Part shown: piece by piece, positions 61,712 through 64,000 of the stretch
How the letters are laid out: the number at the start of each line of letters is the position of its first letter
Numbering within the stretch: the stretch's first letter is position 1
Origin: Octopus bimaculoides
Lineage: Eukaryota
Length of the DNA: 64,000 bases
NCBI RefSeq assembly: GCF_001194135.2
Contig: NC_068990.1
Span: forward strand, 29,591,777-29,655,776
Direction: 5' to 3'
Made by a program: the position numbers and the translations under genes
Notes under the pieces: model-generated
Database searches by the model: none
Seen by the model: the letters and a program-made list of their open reading frames with translations, nothing else
Told to the model about the DNA's origin: nothing

Positions 61712-62335
61712 TCCGGGGTGCGGGGAATAAACTGTCATCTAAATTATGCAAAAATGAAAATAACATTGACTTCTCATTTTAACAGGTATATTTACCAAAA
61801 TTGCATAAAAATATCTGGAAATACTAAAGACTAAATTTATTCAATAAAATTGCCATTGGTTTCAACCATGCCCTCCAGGCGACTTCAGAATCTCCTGCAA
61901 CTCTTCTGGATGTTCCCCTTGTTTAAGTTGGTGAATGCTGCCATAATCCTTGCCTTCAGTTCATCTTTGGTGTTACAAGGAGCTTTGTTGGTCTCCGCTC
62001 AACTGTGCTCCATACATTATAGTCAAGGGGGTTGCAGTCTGGGGAGTTAGGTGACCAGATGTTAGAGGGGATGTGGTTGCAGAGATTGTCTGACAGCCAT
62101 GACTGGCTTGTGTGGCATGCTGCAGAATCTTGTTGCCAGACAAGGGTCTTCCAGCACCTACCCTCTTGACCCAGGGGAGCACAACTTCCGTCAGGCACTT
62201 GATTTAAGCCTCCGTGTTGAGTATGAAGCTGTGTGGGATGATGAATGGAGGCATAACGTCACCATCACTTGTGATAACTCCAAACACCATGATGTTGACT
62301 GGTTGTTTGATTTTTATCACTCTCAGTACTTGTCC
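61712..62335 (-). mobile_element. Tc1/mariner (maT/DD37D-like) transposase 3' fragment with terminal repeat
   Basis: Reads QPVNIMVFGVITSDGDVMPPF..LPWVKRV..WQQDSAACHTSQSWLSDN..WSPNSPDCNPLDYNVW. The end TA-TCCGGGGTGCGG resembles a TA-CAGGGTG terminus. Confidence 0.88.
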
Positions 62336-63272
62336 TCAGATTGACACCCAAACACATAGAGGGGACAAACAAGGATGGACAAAGGGATTGACCCCAATGT
62401 ATAACTGGTTCTTATTTAATCAACCCCAAAAGGATGAAAGGCAAATTTGACCTCGGAAGAATTTGAACTCAGAACACAACGGCAGACAAAATACCTCTAG
62501 GCATTTTGCCTGGCATGCTAACATTTCTGCCTGCTGGAGCAGATAATATTTGCACCATGGAATATAGATTTTTAAGATATTTTACAACTTCTTCTCTGGT
62601 TCTTTATGTTTTGAGTTCAGACACCGTGAAGGTCAGCTTTTCCTTTCATTCCTCCAGGGGCTGACAGAATAAAGTACCTTCCGAGTATTGGGAAATATGG
62701 TATAGATTAATCCTTTCCCATCAAATCTGATGGCCCTAAATCTGAAACAGTGAAGGCCTCAAGCTGGTAGAATCATCAGCATTTCGTCTGTCTTTATGTT
62801 CTTAGTTCAAATTCTGTTAAGGTCGACTTAAGTTTTCATTCCTTTGAGGTCAATCGAATAAATACCAGTTGAGCACTGGGGTCATTGTAATCAACTTACC
62901 TCCTCCGTTGAAATTACTGGCCTTGTGCCAAAAGTTAATGGTAATATATTTTACACCTCTTACATGCTATTAAAGAAAAGACTATCTCATTATCTGGAGA
63001 CAATAGGTCAGCCGTGGACATGTTTCTACCTCATAAGGCATCATCTACACAGCAGATGCCCTACCATACCCCCAGCAGAATAAGACACTTCGGCATGTAC
63101 AAAAAAGTAGAATACACTTGTGGTTTAGGTAATTTGCATACTTTTATGAAATGAAGAGTAAATCTGAATGGCCAGTGGCGTGTTATTTAATGTAAGATGA
63201 ACAAGGGTACAAGAAATTGAAATTATTCCTGCTTTCAGAGAAGATAGAAAATTTGCTTGATGATAGTTGGTA

Positions 63273-63323
<51 letters not shown>

Positions 63324-63689
63324 CACACTCACACTCACACACACACACACACACACACAGCTGTATTTCTGTATCTCACTTTCTGTCTTGTATATGTATA
63401 TATCATGCGATCATATGATCAACCAAACTATCTGATGTTGTTATACATCGCTGGTCACAATGCACTTTACATTGTTTTAGCTTTTGTACGGTGCCACCCT
63501 GCTGGTTAGGTGGACCAGGCCAACACCTTCCCCTGATTGGAAGGTCAGTCTGTTGCAGGGTGATTCATTTACAGCTGAGTGGACTGGAACAAACTGAAAG
63601 GAGATGTTTTGCTCAAGAAATTGAACCCACAATCCAGTCATCATGAATGCAATACCCTAACCACTAGGCCACATACCTTTTATGTATAT

Positions 63690-63914
63690 ATGAAGGCCTG
63701 CTGGCAAAACGCTGCTCTTCTAAATGGAAATCTTACCTGTCATTATGGTGTTGTGGCACGAAACAAAGCAGGCCTTGCTGTCCACTCAAGAAAACACATA
63801 GTAAATGATCCACCAGCTCTCAAGCAAACTGAGTCCTCTACTTGTTCCATTTGCCAAAAGGTTTGCAAGGAACCAACAGACCTCAGGAGACACCTTCATG
63901 TCCATAGAACATGA
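63690..63914 (+). other. Zinc-finger-coding fragment (one degenerate and one canonical C2H2), probably a LINE C-terminal relic
   Basis: TCHYGVVARNKAGLAVHSRKH and CSICQKVCKEPTDLRRHLHVH*. There is no TGEKP linker and no convincing splice acceptor. Confidence 0.45.
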
Positions 63915-63968
63915 TTAACTCTTTATTTCACTGAACCTTCATTTGTCATTCATGACAAGATAATCCAT

Positions 63969-64000
<32 letters not shown>

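Noticed and set aside
883-63509. Many ORF-track entries rich in HT/CV/YI/I/H/X runs
   Set aside because: They are translations of microsatellites, N-gaps or SINE bodies, with no splice or homology support.

Overview
AT-rich, repeat-dense eukaryotic genomic DNA with about 10 N-gaps. The repeat content and microsatellite load suggest an octopus or other coleoid cephalopod (inference). Two multi-exon genes lie on the + strand. The first is the 3' part of a sorting nexin SNX3/SNX12 orthologue (exons 500-624 and 3649 into a gap). The second is INTS10, Integrator subunit 10: 15 coding exons were reconstructed between 18901 and 46742 with consistent splice phases, exon 2 and the terminal exon(s) are missing (probably in gaps), and it has a clear U12-type minor intron at 46529-46645. 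The rest is SINEs of at least five families, microsatellites, MITEs and decayed LINE, Penelope-like (PLE) and mariner relics. The most interesting signal is three unrelated small repeat families that each carry a minimal type-I hammerhead ribozyme fold with a (near-)palindromic stem III, as in PLE-associated hammerheads, and most copies sit in inverted/fold-back arrangements. One family fuses a tRNA-derived Pol III head to the hammerhead tail, and a decayed PLE reverse transcriptase lies in the same window. Inside INTS10 the best-preserved cores are antisense, while sense-oriented copies are damaged. All folds, translations and family assignments were made by eye; no database search or folding program was run, and repeat boundaries are approximate.
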